Origin: an uncultured Lachnospiraceae bacterium | GTDB lineage: Bacteria > Bacillota > Clostridia > Lachnospirales > Lachnospiraceae | Assembly: GCA_910578475.1 (NCBI GenBank) | Contig: CAJTRK010000008.1 | Span: 31,082-95,081, forward strand | Length of the DNA: 64,000 nt | Reading direction: 5' to 3' | Part shown: one piece after another, positions 62,645 to 64,000 of the stretch | How positions within the stretch are numbered: position 1 is the stretch's first letter | Layout of the letters: each line of letters begins with the position of its first letter | Program-made: the position numbers and the translations under genes | The notes under the pieces: generated by a model | What the model was told of the DNA's origin: nothing | Databases searched by the model: none | The model's input: only the letters and a program-made list of their open reading frames with translations

Positions 62645-64000
62645 ATGAACTGGGATGAAGCAATTCAGGAATTGGACGAAAGACGGAAAAAAGCGCTTGC
62701 GGGAGGCGGAAAAGCCAGAGTGGAAAAACAGCATGCGGGCGGAAAGATGACGGCGAGAGAAAGAATCGAAGTGCTTCTCGATAAAGATACATTTGTCGAA
62801 GTGGACGGATTCGTGGAATCCAGAATTGACGATTTTGATTTGGATAAAAGGCGCGTTCCGGGAGATGGTGTCGTTACGGGCTATGGTAAGATAGACGGCA
62901 GGCTGGTTTTTGTATCCAGCGAGGATTTTACCGTAATCGGCGGTACTTTGGGAGAATATCACTCTTTCAAAATCTGCCGGATTCAGGACATGGCGATGCA
63001 GATGCGCGCACCGCTTATCTGTATTAATGACAGCGGCGGCGCCAGAATCGAGGAAGGAATTTCGTCTCTCAGCGGGTACAGCGGTATGTTCCTGCGGCAT
63101 ACACAGGCATCCGGGGTGATTCCGCAGATTGCGGTTATTCTCGGCCCCTGCTCCGGCGGAGCCTGCTATGCGCCGGCCATTTGTGACTTCATTTTTATGG
63201 TAAAAGATATTTCCAAGATGTTCATTACCGGCCCGAATGTGGTAAAGACCGTCATCAACGAGGAAGTGTCGGTGGAAGAACTGGGCGGAGCGGAAATCCA
63301 TGCCAAAAAGAGCGGCGTTTCTCATTTTACCTATGATTCGGAAGGGGAATGCCTGATGGGCGTCCGTAAACTGTTATCCTATCTTCCGGGCAATAATACG
63401 GAGAAACCTCCCGTTATCGACACGAAAGAGCGGCAGAGCCGTCTGCAGGGCGTCAGCAGAGTTTTTGGAAGATTTAACAGAACGGAAAATGCCGCGAAAG
63501 CAAAAGCGGATAAAATCAGAGATATCGTGCCGGATAATTCAAGGCATGCCTATGATGTAAAAGAAGTCATCGATTGTATTGTAGACGAAGGCAGTTTTTT
63601 TGAGGTGCAGAAAGAGTTTGCCATGAACGGTGTCGTCGGATGGGGAAGAATGGAAGGCAAAGTGGTCGGTTTTATTGCCAATCAGCCGAACGTGATGGGC
63701 GGTTCCCTCGATTATCATGTATCCGACAAGATTGCCCGTTTCATCCGTTTTTGTGACTGCTTCAACATTCCTCTTGTTACGCTGATTGACGTGCCTGCCT
63801 TTTTGCCGGGAACCGCACAGGAACATAACGGTATCATCCGGCATGGAGCGAAGATTTTGTATGCTTATTCGGAGGCAACCGTACCCAAAATCTCCCTGAT
63901 TATGCGAAAAGCATATGGGGGAGCTTATATCGCAATGAACTCGAAAGAAATGGGCGCGGATATCGTTTATGCGTGGCCGATTGCGGAAATTGCGGTCATG
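62645..64000 (+). CDS. Acyl-CoA carboxyltransferase (methylmalonyl-CoA decarboxylase alpha / propionyl-CoA carboxylase beta family); the 3-prime end lies beyond the window
   Basis: This gene is absent from the ORF track because no stop lies in the window. My own translation gives MNWDEAIQELDERRKKALAGGGKARVEKQHAGGKMTARERIEVLLDKDTFVEVDGF...GDGVVTGYGKIDGRLVFVSSEDFTVIGGTLGE...INDSGGARIEEG...PQIAVILGPCSGGACYAPA...FITGPNVVK. TAGGAGGA precedes the ATG at 62645. The frame is open for 452 codons. Confidence 0.9.
   Translation, partial: MNWDEAIQELDERRKKALAGGGKARVEKQHAGGKMTARERIEVLLDKDTFVEVDGFVESRIDDFDLDKRRVPGDGVVTGYGKIDGRLVFVSSEDFTVIGGTLGEYHSFKICRIQDMAMQMRAPLICINDSGGARIEEGISSLSGYSGMFLRHTQASGVIPQIAVILGPCSGGACYAPAICDFIFMVKDISKMFITGPNVVKTVINEEVSVEELGGAEIHAKKSGVSHFTYDSEGECLMGVRKLLSYLPGNNTEKPPVIDTKERQSRLQGVSRVFGRFNRTENAAKAKADKIRDIVPDNSRHAYDVKEVIDCIVDEGSFFEVQKEFAMNGVVGWGRMEGKVVGFIANQPNVMGGSLDYHVSDKIARFIRFCDCFNIPLVTLIDVPAFLPGTAQEHNGIIRHGAKILYAYSEATVPKISLIMRKAYGGAYIAMNSKEMGADIVYAWPIAEIAVM

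Noticed and set aside
62285-62658. Track ORFs 62285..62476 (minus) and 62416..62658 (plus) between glf and the carboxyltransferase gene.
   Set aside because: Both are read through the two arms of the 184-nt hairpin, so their sequences are dictated by the inverted repeat. Neither has an RBS. They are better explained as non-coding structure.
62564-63325. A 253-aa minus-strand ORF in the track.
   Set aside because: It is antisense to the plus-strand carboxyltransferase frame, which has unmistakable family motifs and an RBS. The minus-strand translation has no recognisable motif. It is a shadow ORF.
1-64000. A search for CRISPR arrays, tRNA/rRNA genes, transposases, integrases, toxin-antitoxin pairs or defence-system signatures.
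   Set aside because: I saw no regularly spaced direct repeats, no cloverleaf-like or rRNA-like segments, and no ORFs with DDE, tyrosine/serine recombinase, nuclease-helicase or other defence-type motifs. The accessory content appears to be entirely glycan-related.

Overview
This window looks like the late flagellar locus of a low-GC Firmicute. The gene order and protein sequences are Clostridia/Lachnospiraceae-like, but that taxonomic call is inference only. The locus is interrupted by a very large glycosylation island.

Left flank (1-10.9 kb): flgK (partial), flgL, fliW, csrA, a GT2 gene, a convergent CgeB-like glycosyltransferase, flaG, fliD, fliS, a small coiled-coil ORF and one flagellin gene. 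Two promoters read TAAA-N15-TCCGATAT, which matches the sigma-D/sigma-28 consensus. One lies upstream of flaG and one upstream of the flagellin gene. The flagellin leader carries two CsrA-type GGA sites, one in a hairpin loop and one over the Shine-Dalgarno sequence.

Island (10.9-60.5 kb): about 44 genes, almost all sugar-nucleotide or transfer enzymes.
- Five paralogous GT2+TPR glycosyltransferases, three at the left edge and two at the right edge, all on the minus strand.
- About 16 further transferases: GT2, GT4, two GT11, CgeB-like, TagF-like, LicD and DUF4422.
- A CDP-hexose pathway (rfbF, rfbG, RfbC-like epimerase, SDR, DegT aminotransferase) plus a radical-SAM/SPASM enzyme.
- Twin IspD/TarI-like cytidylyltransferases.
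- A class-IV aminotransferase, HpcH aldolase and PLP decarboxylase trio.
- A CitC-like ligase followed by an ACP/DltC-like carrier protein.
- A choline-type module: BCCT transporter, nucleotidyltransferase-kinase fusion, LicC-like enzyme and LicD.
- Four methyltransferases and one acetyltransferase.

I see no Wzx/Wzy/ABC exporter or polyprenyl-phosphate priming enzyme, so a cytoplasmic protein target is the most economical reading. Flagellin is the obvious candidate.

Other notable points:
- One methyltransferase is split by a frameshift inside a G9 tract, and another carries an in-frame G8 tract. Both are candidate phase-variable sites.
- A Rossmann-like module of about 85 aa recurs in about 12 otherwise unrelated proteins.
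- A 184-nt GC-rich long hairpin follows glf.

Right flank: an HTH regulator overlapping glf, then an acyl-CoA carboxyltransferase gene that runs off the window and is absent from the ORF track.

No rRNA, tRNA, CRISPR array, transposase or integrase was recognised. All family calls come from reading motifs by eye; no searches were run.
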